Source of the DNA: a virus
Lineage: Duplodnaviria; Caudoviricetes
Virus record (IMG/VR): IMGVR_UViG_3300027759_000109
Span: 1-57,002 of that record
DNA: 57,002 bases
Direction: 5' to 3' (one strand)
The notes beneath the pieces were generated by a model. The model saw only the letters and a program-made list of their open reading frames with translations. It was not told the DNA's origin and ran no database searches. The stretch's first letter is position 1, and every line of letters starts with the position of its first letter. The translations under genes and the position numbers were made by a program. Shown here piece after piece: positions 39,691-50,754 of this stretch.

Positions 39691-40062
39691 TTATTCTTGT
39701 ATGTATATGTAATTGTTATTCTCCTCATCATTTGAAATGTATTGTGTGAAAGTATTACCTTGTTCTGTGGTACCATCTAACCTCGCCATACCTGTATAAA
39801 CTAATTGTGTACCATTACCATATATTTTCAATTGGTACTGTCCTTCGTAGTTTAAATCGTTTGCAGCAAAGTTTAATATAATTTCACAATACCTATCATT
39901 CTCACCAAACTGAGCATTGTTTGAAGTACTAATTGTATATGTCTTTTCCTCCTGACTTACGATATGAAGAAAGGTCAAAGTATAACCAGAAAAATCCGTT
40001 CTTGAGTTATTATTGATGTTTAATACTAACGTATTAGATTGTCCTTTATTTAATATAATCAT
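39691..40062 (-). CDS. Putative structural protein
   Basis: Homologue of 7220..7594. Confidence 0.5.
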   Translation of the reverse strand: MIILNKGQSNTLVLNINNNSRTDFSGYTLTFLHIVSQEEKTYTISTSNNAQFGENDRYCEIILNFAANDLNYEGQYQLKIYGNGTQLVYTGMARLDGTTEQGNTFTQYISNDEENNNYIYIQE

Positions 40063-40187
40063 AAGATATGTTGTATATATTAGTAAATATAAAAAAATTC
40101 ATCTTGAATTGGTATGGCATAAAAAAAGGGGACATAGGTCCCCCTTAAATTATTTAGATATAGAATATTCAGTCTTACGACTTACTA

Positions 40188-40742
40188 TTATCCACTAATG
40201 ATTGCACCGAACACTGAAGTAATTACTGCCTCTGGAGTAGAACCTGCGCCAGACAATACTCTTGCTGGTTCAGCTTCTTGTGCCGTGAAAATTAATTCAA
40301 ATCCGTTACGATCTCCCAATGCCAAACCTGAAGTTGCAGCACCACCTGATAAGTAAGAATAGTTAACTTGACCTAAAACGTAAATTGTGTCATTTTGGTC
40401 AATTGCTAAAATCTGTAAATTATCATTTTGTCCTAACACTTTCAATTTGTTTCTCTTTTCTTGGTCGTATTTAAACAATACAGCAGTTAGAACTTGTTCC
40501 CAATAAACGGTTCCATTTTCGTAACTCTTTGTTGTGTTTTGTGCCAATGAAGAAGTATTTCTTTTAAGTTCAAATCCGTAGTAAGTAGTGCCAGCGGTTG
40601 ATGTTGCACCAGTTACAGCACCGTCAGCGTCATATGTATAACCTGAAGTGTATCCTGAACCACCAGCAACATAAATCTTTTTAATACCACCTATACTATC
40701 GGAACAACCTAACGCTTCTCCTGAAGTTATAAAACAGCTCAT
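40188..40742 (-). CDS. Major tail tube protein
   Basis: Homologue of 7711..8259. Confidence 0.7.
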   Translation of the reverse strand: MSCFITSGEALGCSDSIGGIKKIYVAGGSGYTSGYTYDADGAVTGATSTAGTTYYGFELKRNTSSLAQNTTKSYENGTVYWEQVLTAVLFKYDQEKRNKLKVLGQNDNLQILAIDQNDTIYVLGQVNYSYLSGGAATSGLALGDRNGFELIFTAQEAEPARVLSGAGSTPEAVITSVFGAIISG

Positions 40743-40817
40743 ATTTTTTATATTTAATTTGTTTTGTTTATTTTTTTTAAAAGGGGGATTTTACTCCCCC
40801 CTTAATATTTTTAATTA

Positions 40818-41780
40818 CTATAATCCGTTAGTTGCGAAGTAAGCAGTTGAACCAAACTTGGCGATTGTTACACCATAGTTGTAGTTTGCACGTAAGCGCA
40901 ATTCATCTGTATCCCTGCTATACCAAATTACTAATTTCTCGTGGTCAGACAATAAGTCAAAACCTACAACGATATATTCACGTGGTCCGATTACTACTTG
41001 GTTAGAACTGTTCAAACCAATAGTTGGAACGATTTTTACGTTAGTTGAAGGATGAGTGGCTTCTAACATTGAAGTAATATCAGTAGAACCGATATAGTTC
41101 ATAAAGAAGTTAGCCTTAACCAATGATTGTACATATAAACGGAAGTTACTGTAAGACATAAACACAACTAAGTCTTCACGAGACATTGCGTTGTCATCTA
41201 ATGCGTTGATTAATTTATCAACTTCAGTGATTGGGTTACCGTTAGAACCGTATGCTGCGGTTGGTGAGAAAGTTGTACCTGATGCAGATACAGCGATACC
41301 TGTTTGACCTGATGCAATTAAAGTCTTCAAACCATTGAAACAAGATGAACCTGTTGTTGCTTGCCATAATTGTTGTTCAATTCTTTGTTGAATTTGTAAA
41401 ACTTTTAAGTCAGCGATTTGTGCTTCAAACGGAACAGTCTCAGAAGTTTGACCTGGTGCCATTAACATTGATTGGTATGTATCATACAAATCTTTGTAAC
41501 ATAGTGCCTCGTTGTACTTCTCAGGACAAGTTGTAATGTTTGATTGAGTGAAGGTAGTTGTACCAGATGGAGACCATCCGCAAGTACCATCTTGGAAATA
41601 CGCAGTTGAGTTTAAAAGGTTTAACGCCTGTGTCCCTTTTATGCCGAGACGAACATTGCTGTATTTTGCGGTCGTTCCTCCGATCAATGCTTTTGAAAGT
41701 AATTCACCACCTACTTGGTCAACGTAACTACCGATTGTTGCTACGTCATATGCGAATTGTTCTTTTGATAAAATTTTCAT
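40818..41780 (-). CDS. Major capsid protein
   Basis: Highly similar to 8331..9293. Confidence 0.8.
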   Translation of the reverse strand: MKILSKEQFAYDVATIGSYVDQVGGELLSKALIGGTTAKYSNVRLGIKGTQALNLLNSTAYFQDGTCGWSPSGTTTFTQSNITTCPEKYNEALCYKDLYDTYQSMLMAPGQTSETVPFEAQIADLKVLQIQQRIEQQLWQATTGSSCFNGLKTLIASGQTGIAVSASGTTFSPTAAYGSNGNPITEVDKLINALDDNAMSREDLVVFMSYSNFRLYVQSLVKANFFMNYIGSTDITSMLEATHPSTNVKIVPTIGLNSSNQVVIGPREYIVVGFDLLSDHEKLVIWYSRDTDELRLRANYNYGVTIAKFGSTAYFATNGL

Positions 41781-41787
41781 AATTCTT

Positions 41788-42561
41788 TTATTTTTTTTTT
41801 TTTTTTTTTTTTTTTCTTAATTCAGCAATCATATCTAATTTAGATTGAAGTGCGTCCTCATTATTATTTGTTGATTTATTAAAATCTGTTTTACCGTTAG
41901 CAATCTTTTTACCTGCTGGTTCTGATTTAAATTTACTGAAGTCAGCCTTAACTTCTTCAACCTTTTCTTCCATCTCTTTCATCTTTTGAGATACTTTTTC
42001 CATCATATCTTTTAGTAATGAAACGATTTCTTGGATTGGGTCTTTTGATTCAACTTCAATTTCTACTTCTGGTTTTTCTTCCATTGGTAAATCTTCCATT
42101 TGCTCTTCAGCAATTTTTTCTTCTACCATTGCGATAACTCCTTCTTTGGTTTCTACCTTTGTTCCATCTTCTAATGTGTGTACACCATCTGGTGCTGGCA
42201 TTTCCCCTTCTTCAGTTACTACAACGACTTTAGCACCCTCAACAAGTGAATCACCTTCAACTCTGATTTGAGTACCATCTTCCAATTTTGCGTCAACAAA
42301 TATTTGTTGAACCTTAATGATTTTACTGTTTTTAACTTCTATTTCAAAGTTTTCAACTAATCTGAATTTACCATCTTCTAATGCTACTCTTTCAAACTCA
42401 TCACTTAAACGAGTGATTGACTCACCTACTTTAAGTTCTGATGCTTCAAGGATTGTATTGTCTTCCAATTTGAAAGACTTTAAAGATGCGTCATCGGACA
42501 TAAAACCAAACTGTTTCATTAACTTCTTGATTTCGTTAATTGCTGTTTTTGAATTTGACAT
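41788..42561 (-). CDS. Capsid scaffolding protein
   Basis: Homologue of 9311..10057; poly-Lys end probably a sequence error. Confidence 0.7.
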   Translation of the reverse strand: MSNSKTAINEIKKLMKQFGFMSDDASLKSFKLEDNTILEASELKVGESITRLSDEFERVALEDGKFRLVENFEIEVKNSKIIKVQQIFVDAKLEDGTQIRVEGDSLVEGAKVVVVTEEGEMPAPDGVHTLEDGTKVETKEGVIAMVEEKIAEEQMEDLPMEEKPEVEIEVESKDPIQEIVSLLKDMMEKVSQKMKEMEEKVEEVKADFSKFKSEPAGKKIANGKTDFNKSTNNNEDALQSKLDMIAELRKKKKKKKK

Positions 42562-42630
42562 AGTCTGTTTTAATTGTTTTTAATTTATTTGTTCTATTAG
42601 TAAATATGGAATTATATATATATTCTCATT

Positions 42631-44769
42631 TTAGTCTTTAATATTTTTTAATATGTCAACAACTTGTTTAAGGAACATCTCCTCCATACAGAATTGTGCT
42701 ACCTCCTCAAAGTATCCTGATACACTAAATCCATTCAATTCACCTTTCTTAACTTTCTGCCAAACCTCATCATTACGTACCTTCATTGATACAAACCAAG
42801 TTCCAATAGGTAATTCGGAATAACCGTATTTGTTGCTCTTGTCTTCCATATCCTCTTTAATCCAAGACTCAATTACATAAACATCTTTTACCGCGTTACC
42901 ATTATGATTCTCGTCATTATTATCAGTATATTTGTTTCTCATATACTTTTCCATAATCATCTTGATTGTTTTTGAACTGAAGAAAACAAAGTAAGGATTA
43001 CCTTTTGAATCTTTACGGAATATCTTTAAGTCAGGAACCATTGCTGGTCCTACAACTATTCTCTTTTCATCATCTGTTGCGAACTTTTGTTTTGACATTT
43101 TCTCCCTGTCAATTGATTTGATTTTAGACTCAGACCAACTTAGTGCTGATTTACCTCCCCAACTATCGTACATCAATTTACCACATCCATCATCGTAACT
43201 CTTTGAACTATCTAAGTCTACTTCGTGTCTTGATAGGTAACTGTACATTCTTTTGATTGTATCCTCTGAGATTGGTTCACCTTTAGCAAGTTGATTAACT
43301 CTCATTTTTCCAACGGGAGTACCACAAGAACCCCATCCATTTTCCTCAACATATTTCAATACCGCCTTAGCGTTGTTCTTAATACTATCAGGATAATCAG
43401 AATAATTTTCAAATAGAGTTGGTTTTGTTAATGACTTTGATATAGTATTACCTGTCTTTCCTGTAACACCAGGATCAACGTAACCACCAATACCACCAAC
43501 ATCATAACCCATATTATATTCAGATGCGTTGTCATAACCACATTTGTTACACATATATGGTTTATCACCACCATCTTCCATAACCCAACTATGTTGACAT
43601 TTTTTACATATTATTAATTCATCTGCGTGATATAAATAAACACTATCTTCTGAATGAACAGCACCCGTCATTAATCTACCATTAGCATCTTTATGTGTAG
43701 GACCTTCGTATAATTTACCGTCTTCTGTATAATGTGGTACACCTACTTCAAACTTCTGTGCTTCAACTTCAGGTGTATGTTCCTTAATTGAGTCAATCTC
43801 ATTTTGGTTATTATCAATATGTTTTTCTATACCTAATTTCTTGATAGTCTCCCATTTCAATTTTCCGTTCGTTGCGTGGACTTTATCTCTTGGGATACCT
43901 AATTCATCAGCGGTCTTATAAACCTCTTCTAATTGGTCTGATTGTCTTCTTGTAATAATACTTACATCCTTACCTTCTTTCAACATTCTCTTAGCAAGTT
44001 CTTTACCTCTTTCAGTTGATAATGTATCATCATAGTCAATAGATACTTTCTGAGCAATAAAGTCATAAACTTTAGACAATCCCAAGTTTCTCACCGTTGA
44101 AGGTGATGGATTTGCTGCCGTTTTAGATGTTACAGTTGAAGGTTGTGGATAACCAAGTACATTTGTATTAGGTGTCATATCAGTTGGGAATCCTGCTTCA
44201 GTTTCCTTACCTTTATTTACTGACGCCTTGTTTACAATTGTAGCATCTTTCTTATATCTAATTTGTGACCATACGTGTCTACAATTGTATCCACCCCTCC
44301 ATACTAACGCACTCTGACCAAAGTCATTTGTGGTTGATTCCATATCCTCAATCCTCCACACAAAGTTCTTATTGATTAATTCTTTACAGAAACTACGAGT
44401 GGTATTGATGATTGCTCTTTCGTTAATACGAGGATTCAATATATACTTATATCTGATTTTTACATCATCCTCATCCCAATCAGAATTTGCGTTAGGATTT
44501 GTACTGGCAAACTTATCTTTTAATAATGTGATTGATTCTATTACATACCCTGCGTCAAATAAATCTTGTTCATTCTCCGCCTTGCCAATCAACTTTTCCA
44601 AATAGATTTCATCTTCGCCATCAGGGATGTGAAAATCCTCTTGTTTTGTTTTATTGAACGCAATCCAATTAACTTCAATTGCTGGTTCGTCAACAAGGGA
44701 AATACTATCAATACCAGATAATTCATCTTCATCTTCTATTTTAAGTTCAAATATTTTTTCTTTGTTCAT
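42631..44769 (-). CDS. XkdF-like prohead protease with extra HAD-like insertion
   Basis: Homologue of 10132..11934 plus SIDYDDTL..IITRR..KWET..HIDNN module. Confidence 0.8.
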   Translation of the reverse strand: MNKEKIFELKIEDEDELSGIDSISLVDEPAIEVNWIAFNKTKQEDFHIPDGEDEIYLEKLIGKAENEQDLFDAGYVIESITLLKDKFASTNPNANSDWDEDDVKIRYKYILNPRINERAIINTTRSFCKELINKNFVWRIEDMESTTNDFGQSALVWRGGYNCRHVWSQIRYKKDATIVNKASVNKGKETEAGFPTDMTPNTNVLGYPQPSTVTSKTAANPSPSTVRNLGLSKVYDFIAQKVSIDYDDTLSTERGKELAKRMLKEGKDVSIITRRQSDQLEEVYKTADELGIPRDKVHATNGKLKWETIKKLGIEKHIDNNQNEIDSIKEHTPEVEAQKFEVGVPHYTEDGKLYEGPTHKDANGRLMTGAVHSEDSVYLYHADELIICKKCQHSWVMEDGGDKPYMCNKCGYDNASEYNMGYDVGGIGGYVDPGVTGKTGNTISKSLTKPTLFENYSDYPDSIKNNAKAVLKYVEENGWGSCGTPVGKMRVNQLAKGEPISEDTIKRMYSYLSRHEVDLDSSKSYDDGCGKLMYDSWGGKSALSWSESKIKSIDREKMSKQKFATDDEKRIVVGPAMVPDLKIFRKDSKGNPYFVFFSSKTIKMIMEKYMRNKYTDNNDENHNGNAVKDVYVIESWIKEDMEDKSNKYGYSELPIGTWFVSMKVRNDEVWQKVKKGELNGFSVSGYFEEVAQFCMEEMFLKQVVDILKNIKD

Positions 44770-44793
44770 ATTATTAAATATAAATTTTTTAGA

Positions 44794-47112
44794 TTAGATT
44801 GTGGATAGGTCTTTCAATCTTGCCTGTCTTTGTTGTGCGGTAGTTAATTCTCCCTCTACAACGTATGTTTTTATTATTTGGGTAGTTTGACTTGTATCTG
44901 ATGGATAAGCTGATTTTGGTCTATCTGGTCCCGCAATACTAATATTTGGAGTAAACCCTACACCACCACCCGCTTGATTCATTTGTGACAATAATGGACC
45001 AAACATCTGTACCGCTTGTGCGGTCATAACACCCTCGCCATTTGATAATCTTACGGGAATTGAATCTGATGTTCCTGAACCTGGTCCTCTTACAATACCA
45101 CCTGTTGCGTATCCTTGACCCATTCCATTTGATACTGCTCCACCACCACCACTACCTGAAGTTCCTGCATTAGCAGATTGTTTTGCCGCACTTACGGCTG
45201 ACTTTATTGCCAGTATAATTCCAATTGCTTGTGCTGCGTATCCAATTAATAATGGAATGTTCTGAGGAAATCCTACCTTCGCAGTCTGTGCGGTACCTTC
45301 AGCAACTGCCACAACAGAACGGGCTGCCGCTTGAGTTGAGAACGTTATGGTTCTTGTTACTTCCATAAACAATTCCTTAGCCATCAATATTTGTTTTGCA
45401 ATTAACGCCGCTCTTCCTACATCACTTTCGGCACCAGCAATTGATATAATATCATCAAGTGCTTTCTGTTTAACAGCAATTCTTGCTCTCTCTGTTTCTT
45501 GTGTATTGGTTAATTGTTCTTGGTCAATACCCTTTCTTAAATCAGAGTATTTTTGAATAATCTTGTTTCTTTCTATCTCATTGTTCTCAACCGCTTGAAG
45601 TTCTAATAATTCAGCTTGTGCTAAGTTTTCTCTTTTTAATTTATATCTTTCATTGTCCGCTTCTAAATCTGTATTGAATAGTTTGTTTAACTTATCAATA
45701 TTATTCATTTCTTCTTGAAGTGCTGTTAATTTTGAACTTCTTTCCTGTTCAACAAGTTCTTTCTTTTTGTTTGTTTTAACTTGTTCATTGGCAATTTCAA
45801 TATCATTTAATTCCTTCTTGTCAGTTGTATATTTCTTTTGAATTTCATATAACTGTGATTGATATTGTTCTTCAGTTAATTCACCTTTAGCCTTCTTTAA
45901 ATTTAACGCACCAATTTCATCATCCATTAATGCTTTAACCTTCTTCTTATTCTCCTCTACTAACTTTACATCTCTATCAATTTTATCTTTAGTATATGTC
46001 GTTTCAAGATTATTAAGTTCAATTGTAAGTTGTTTCTGTTCTTCTGCAGTTGTACCTTTTACCTTTTTTAGTTTTTCAATACGTGCTTTCTCTCTTTCGT
46101 AGTCTTCGTCTTTTACCTTTTGTTCTTGTTTTATTGCCTCTATCGGGTCCATAGACGCCTTAATTTTGGCTCTAAGTAATTCCATTACAGATTGTTCTAA
46201 ATCCTCGTTGGACTTAATTAAATCTTGTTGTCTTTTCTTCTCATCTTCAGCGTCTTTTATCGCTTTATCTTTTGCTGCTTGTTTTCTTGCCGCTTCTTTT
46301 TCTGCATCCGCTGCCGCCTTTTCTTGTCTTTTCTTTTCATTCTCCGCCGCCTCTTTACCAACCTCATCAATATCCTTTGTAGCCTGAGCGATACTTTCTT
46401 TTGATACTCCTAACTTCTCAGCAAAGAACGCAAATGCACCCGCAACCTTTTCAATAATCATTGCAAGGGTTTCAAATATAGGAATTGCAACCGTATTGAT
46501 TAACGCAAGTATTGGTCCTAATATTTTACTGAATGCTTGTTGTACTTTGTTAAGTGCCTCTTGACCTTCTGATGTTTTACTCAACGCTTCCTTTAAGAAC
46601 ATAAACGCACCAACCACTGCGGTAACAACCGCTAATATTGGATTGGCAACAAGTACCTTAAACGCTTTGTCAACACCTTGAATTGATTGACCAACCAAAC
46701 CTGCAACACCTGGCATCGTAGCCAAGGCGTCCTCAAACTTCATTGATTTTAATGTGGTAATTTCTAATTGGTCACCTAAGTCATCTAATTGTTTCTTAGC
46801 TTTACTCATTCCCGCTAAGTCACCCTTTTCCTCTGCCTCTTGGAATGCAATCGTTGCTTGTCTAATCTGTAAACGAAGGGATTTAAATTTACCTTCAGTT
46901 TCATTTATAGTATCTTTGGTTTGTTGAAACGCCGTTTCCGAGTTCTTTAGTTCTGTATTTAGTTTTTTCCACTCAGGACTACCTAATGGTAAATCATTGA
47001 GTTTCTTTGACGCGTCAGAATATACTTTATTAAATTCATTGACGGAGGTTTTCGCTAAATCTAATTCCTTACCGTCAACCTTTATTTTAAAATCTACTGT
47101 TTTAATAGCCAT
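44794..47112 (-). CDS. Tape measure protein
   Basis: 772 aa helical; YATGGIVRGPGSGTSDSIPVRLSNGE; shares termini with unit A TMP. Confidence 0.85.
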   Translation of the reverse strand: MAIKTVDFKIKVDGKELDLAKTSVNEFNKVYSDASKKLNDLPLGSPEWKKLNTELKNSETAFQQTKDTINETEGKFKSLRLQIRQATIAFQEAEEKGDLAGMSKAKKQLDDLGDQLEITTLKSMKFEDALATMPGVAGLVGQSIQGVDKAFKVLVANPILAVVTAVVGAFMFLKEALSKTSEGQEALNKVQQAFSKILGPILALINTVAIPIFETLAMIIEKVAGAFAFFAEKLGVSKESIAQATKDIDEVGKEAAENEKKRQEKAAADAEKEAARKQAAKDKAIKDAEDEKKRQQDLIKSNEDLEQSVMELLRAKIKASMDPIEAIKQEQKVKDEDYEREKARIEKLKKVKGTTAEEQKQLTIELNNLETTYTKDKIDRDVKLVEENKKKVKALMDDEIGALNLKKAKGELTEEQYQSQLYEIQKKYTTDKKELNDIEIANEQVKTNKKKELVEQERSSKLTALQEEMNNIDKLNKLFNTDLEADNERYKLKRENLAQAELLELQAVENNEIERNKIIQKYSDLRKGIDQEQLTNTQETERARIAVKQKALDDIISIAGAESDVGRAALIAKQILMAKELFMEVTRTITFSTQAAARSVVAVAEGTAQTAKVGFPQNIPLLIGYAAQAIGIILAIKSAVSAAKQSANAGTSGSGGGGAVSNGMGQGYATGGIVRGPGSGTSDSIPVRLSNGEGVMTAQAVQMFGPLLSQMNQAGGGVGFTPNISIAGPDRPKSAYPSDTSQTTQIIKTYVVEGELTTAQQRQARLKDLSTI

Positions 47113-47146
47113 AATTAATTTTTTATTTTATATATATGTATATATT

Positions 47147-48145
47147 TTATGGACAACTGTAATCACCTGTAGCCGTAACAGTATATGTTATTGGTTGGTA
47201 TGATGGTGTAAATCCTGATATTACGTAGAAATAACCAAAACTTCCTTGTACTCTATCACCACTATTAAATGTTCCATATCCTAATAATTGTGAATATTTT
47301 GTTTCATATGTTTGACAATCAACCATTATATAATATCCATCATTACTGGTCGGTGTAGGTGTTGGTGTTGGTGTAACACCAGGACTACAACTTGAACCAC
47401 ATTGAATTACTGTAAAGTTTGCTAAGTCAGCAAATGGATAACCATAATTAATTGTATCACAAATTAAACAGGCTGTTAACGTTACCGTTCCAAGACTTCC
47501 AATATATTCATATGTTGTACCTGATACAGTATCGTATTTAATATAACCTGTATCTGTTACGTTTATGGTTGCTCCACTTGTAAAAGGAGATGGGGTTGGT
47601 GTTGGTGTTATTGGTAACGGTGTAGGTGTTGGTGTAACAGGTGTAGGAGTCGGAGTAGGTGTAGGAGTTGGTATTGTTCCTACCGCATATGTTTGACATA
47701 TAGGATAGATTGCTCTATGACCTATAAATCTAAATTCAAAATAGTATGTACCATTGGTAAATGATGTTAGACCCATTTGTGATGGTGTAACAGTAATTGT
47801 ATTTGAACCACTTAATGTTGTTGAGCCTGTTGATGCTGATGATAAGAAATCTACTAACCTCCAAGGCTTAAAATAATCCTGACCTTCTGCCATCATATGA
47901 ACAGATAATACAGATAAGTTACCACTACTTTGTATATATGGTTCTGCGTTATTCTTTACCCAAGTATAATCGTGTGTAAAGGTCAAACCTGTACTTGTGA
48001 TACTTGTACCTGTAAAGTTGGTTACCGTTCCACTTATACTATTCTCATTGACATCGTGAATTATTTCTGTATCATATTCCGCCAAATAGTTATTTGGGTA
48101 TATGAAATTTTGATTATCAACCTGTCCTATAAATTTTCTACTCAT
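47147..48145 (-). CDS. Tail-associated protein with Pro-Thr linkers
   Basis: Homologue of 14922..15929 with a different last domain. Confidence 0.6.
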   Translation of the reverse strand: MSRKFIGQVDNQNFIYPNNYLAEYDTEIIHDVNENSISGTVTNFTGTSITSTGLTFTHDYTWVKNNAEPYIQSSGNLSVLSVHMMAEGQDYFKPWRLVDFLSSASTGSTTLSGSNTITVTPSQMGLTSFTNGTYYFEFRFIGHRAIYPICQTYAVGTIPTPTPTPTPTPVTPTPTPLPITPTPTPSPFTSGATINVTDTGYIKYDTVSGTTYEYIGSLGTVTLTACLICDTINYGYPFADLANFTVIQCGSSCSPGVTPTPTPTPTSNDGYYIMVDCQTYETKYSQLLGYGTFNSGDRVQGSFGYFYVISGFTPSYQPITYTVTATGDYSCP

Positions 48146-48146
48146 A

Positions 48147-48401
48147 TTAATTAATTGTGTTTCCTGTTAAACTTGAATATTCGTTATCCCAACCCTCAAC
48201 TATATTATTAATTTCTCTATTATTAAATATAATATTGTTGGTCATCGTACTGTGAAAGTCAGGTGTGTCACCTGTCCAACTAATAATAAATAATGATTTG
48301 TCAAAGTTGTATCTTATGGTTTCTTCTGAATCCTGAAGGATTTGAGTAAAATCTATTTTATCCAAATCTATTATTGGTTGTATTGTATATTTTCTTTCCA
48401 T
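48147..48401 (-). CDS. Small protein, possibly a fibre-associated chaperone
   Basis: 84 aa following the LamG-containing gene; absent in unit A. Confidence 0.5.
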   Translation of the reverse strand: MERKYTIQPIIDLDKIDFTQILQDSEETIRYNFDKSLFIISWTGDTPDFHSTMTNNIIFNNREINNIVEGWDNEYSSLTGNTIN

Positions 48402-50743
48402 TATGAATATCTTGTTACGTAATATGAGTATAAATCACTCACTTCTGTTGAGGTTAATGTTTTACTATATGCCTGTATATTATAAATGTTACCATCTAAA
48501 TAATTACCGCCGTCCGATTGTGCTAATGTCATATTTGTATCAGTAGGTACTCCTATATTAACATTAGATAAAACACTAACTAATGTTTGATTTAATGAAC
48601 CATTCAAATATATTTTTGTCGTTTTAGTTGATGCTTCCCAAGTTATTGCTAAATTATAAATTGTACTAGCACTTATTGTGGCTCCCGTATATGACGGTAA
48701 AATATCAACAGCAGAGATATTTCTCATACCACCATCTATTTTACCACTATTAATTTGCCACACAAATATAAAATTGAAAAGTGGACTACTTCCGTTTGAG
48801 GACCAATTACCAAATATTCTTTGGTTATCAGTTATTTTATTAGTTTTAAACCACATATTCCAAGTAAAATTAGAACCAATGGTTAAACCTGTTCTTAAAA
48901 TATTAGCATAATCATTTACACCATCAAATACAATACTTCCACCATTTAAACTACTATATGTTGGACCATTTACTAATGTTGTTGTATGACCACTTCCCGA
49001 TAAATCATACCAAGTTGTTCCTGTGCCAGGATATGACAATGGGTCACCAGCATCTAAATTAAGTACTAAATTAGATGGTATAACAGGAGTTGGTGTCGGA
49101 GTTGGAGTTGATGTAGGTGTAGCGGTTGGTGTAGGCGTAGGTGTTCCTGTAGGAGTTGGGGTAGGAGTAGGTGTACCTGTTGGTGTAGGGGTAGGTGTGC
49201 TAGTAGGTGGTGGTGTAGGTACAGGTAATGAATAACCATTATTTTTATTTTGTTTAACAAATTCAAAACCATTTGGCCAAGATCCTATAATATAATCAAC
49301 TATAATATCACTAAATGTTGCACCATAGTCTGATGATTTTTTCAATTGATATTGTTCTGATTGATTTTGTATTGTCACAAAAACATATTGTCCTGTTGCG
49401 GATGCTGAAATATCTACAACTCTATTATTACCAATTGTACTACCTGTTGACCAAGTAGCACCATAATCTGTTGAACGTTTAAACCATCCTGTTGGTGTCG
49501 GACTATTTGTTGTATTAGCACCAACAAACATATATTGTCCTGTTTCTGACATAGCAACTTGACCATTGTTTAATAAATCTAAATAAACAAAACTAAATGT
49601 AGAACCTGAATTTGTTGATAATAATACACTACCATCCTTAGGGTCAAGTGTAGATAATGTATTATAACTTGCTAAGATATATTGATTGTTTTTAGATACG
49701 GCAACACGACTATAAGACGTTGCTCCTGTTAAACCAGTATCAGCATCAATATAAATTGGTGCTCTTGAATTATTACCTAAATTTGTTAAACTTGATAATG
49801 AATCAACTTTATATATATAATCATTTAAGGTACTTGTTATACCATACATTGGATATGTTACATTAGGAACAACCACTTGTTGCCAATTTTTTGTTGATCC
49901 TGAAACAGGATTAAAATTAAAACCATAATTTGATGAAACAAATAAACTACCACTACTTATTTTACCAATTGCTTGATATTCACCTGTATAGTTTATATCC
50001 ATTTTTGACCATTCATAATCAGTAGTTCCTCCTGCGAATGAACCAGTAGTAAATGTTATACCTGAATTTACTGAAATATAATATTTATCAGCGGCAAATG
50101 AAACAACATTACCTAATGCTGATACACCAGCGGTAGTTGGATATTGTATTGGTTGATAAATTGATGAATATGTATTATTACCTCCACCTGTGGATGAGTA
50201 CATAATTCTTTCATCATAACTAAATGATGGTGGAAATACTGTCGGTATATCAACTAAAACAAACTTACCTTCTGGTAATGGTGTTGGAGTTGGTGTAGGA
50301 GTTGGTGTTGGTCCAGGATTAAATGTTGATGCTGTAACTCTATACTCAAAGTTATACGCATCTGATACAGTAGTTGCGGTAAATATTATTGATACTGGAT
50401 TTGATGTTCCACCACTACTTGTTATGAAAGTATCTCTTATACCGTTATCACCATTTTGATCATCAGTTGTATAATCCCTTCTTGTTAATGAAATTTGTTT
50501 ACCTAAATTTGATGGTGATGTAAATACTTGCATTGAAACAACATCACCTAAATTTATGTTAGTTGTATATAATCCTTCTGTATCTGTGTATCTAATATTT
50601 CTAAATAAACCATTAACTCTACAATTAATAAAATCCACACCCCTATCATTAACCAATTCATCAAAGTTCAATATTAATGAACCATTAGTTGGAGTCGGAG
50701 TAGGTGTTGCACCTGTTATAATTATGATATTTTGATTTGGCAT
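48401..50743 (-). CDS. Receptor-binding protein: BNR propeller plus LamG/ConA-like domain
   Basis: N-terminus homologous to 15978..17522; SxDYGATW repeats; LDAG..SYPGTGTTWYDLSG..FDGVNDY LamG motif. Confidence 0.75.
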   Translation of the reverse strand: MPNQNIIIITGATPTPTPTNGSLILNFDELVNDRGVDFINCRVNGLFRNIRYTDTEGLYTTNINLGDVVSMQVFTSPSNLGKQISLTRRDYTTDDQNGDNGIRDTFITSSGGTSNPVSIIFTATTVSDAYNFEYRVTASTFNPGPTPTPTPTPTPLPEGKFVLVDIPTVFPPSFSYDERIMYSSTGGGNNTYSSIYQPIQYPTTAGVSALGNVVSFAADKYYISVNSGITFTTGSFAGGTTDYEWSKMDINYTGEYQAIGKISSGSLFVSSNYGFNFNPVSGSTKNWQQVVVPNVTYPMYGITSTLNDYIYKVDSLSSLTNLGNNSRAPIYIDADTGLTGATSYSRVAVSKNNQYILASYNTLSTLDPKDGSVLLSTNSGSTFSFVYLDLLNNGQVAMSETGQYMFVGANTTNSPTPTGWFKRSTDYGATWSTGSTIGNNRVVDISASATGQYVFVTIQNQSEQYQLKKSSDYGATFSDIIVDYIIGSWPNGFEFVKQNKNNGYSLPVPTPPPTSTPTPTPTGTPTPTPTPTGTPTPTPTATPTSTPTPTPTPVIPSNLVLNLDAGDPLSYPGTGTTWYDLSGSGHTTTLVNGPTYSSLNGGSIVFDGVNDYANILRTGLTIGSNFTWNMWFKTNKITDNQRIFGNWSSNGSSPLFNFIFVWQINSGKIDGGMRNISAVDILPSYTGATISASTIYNLAITWEASTKTTKIYLNGSLNQTLVSVLSNVNIGVPTDTNMTLAQSDGGNYLDGNIYNIQAYSKTLTSTEVSDLYSYYVTRYS

Positions 50744-50754
50744 AGTTTATTTTA

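Noticed and set aside
41791-41815. T25 homopolymer giving a poly-Lys C-terminus on the scaffold
   Set aside because: Unit A reads ...RKNNK at the same place within a near-identical tract; most likely a homopolymer sequencing error (hints at long-read data)
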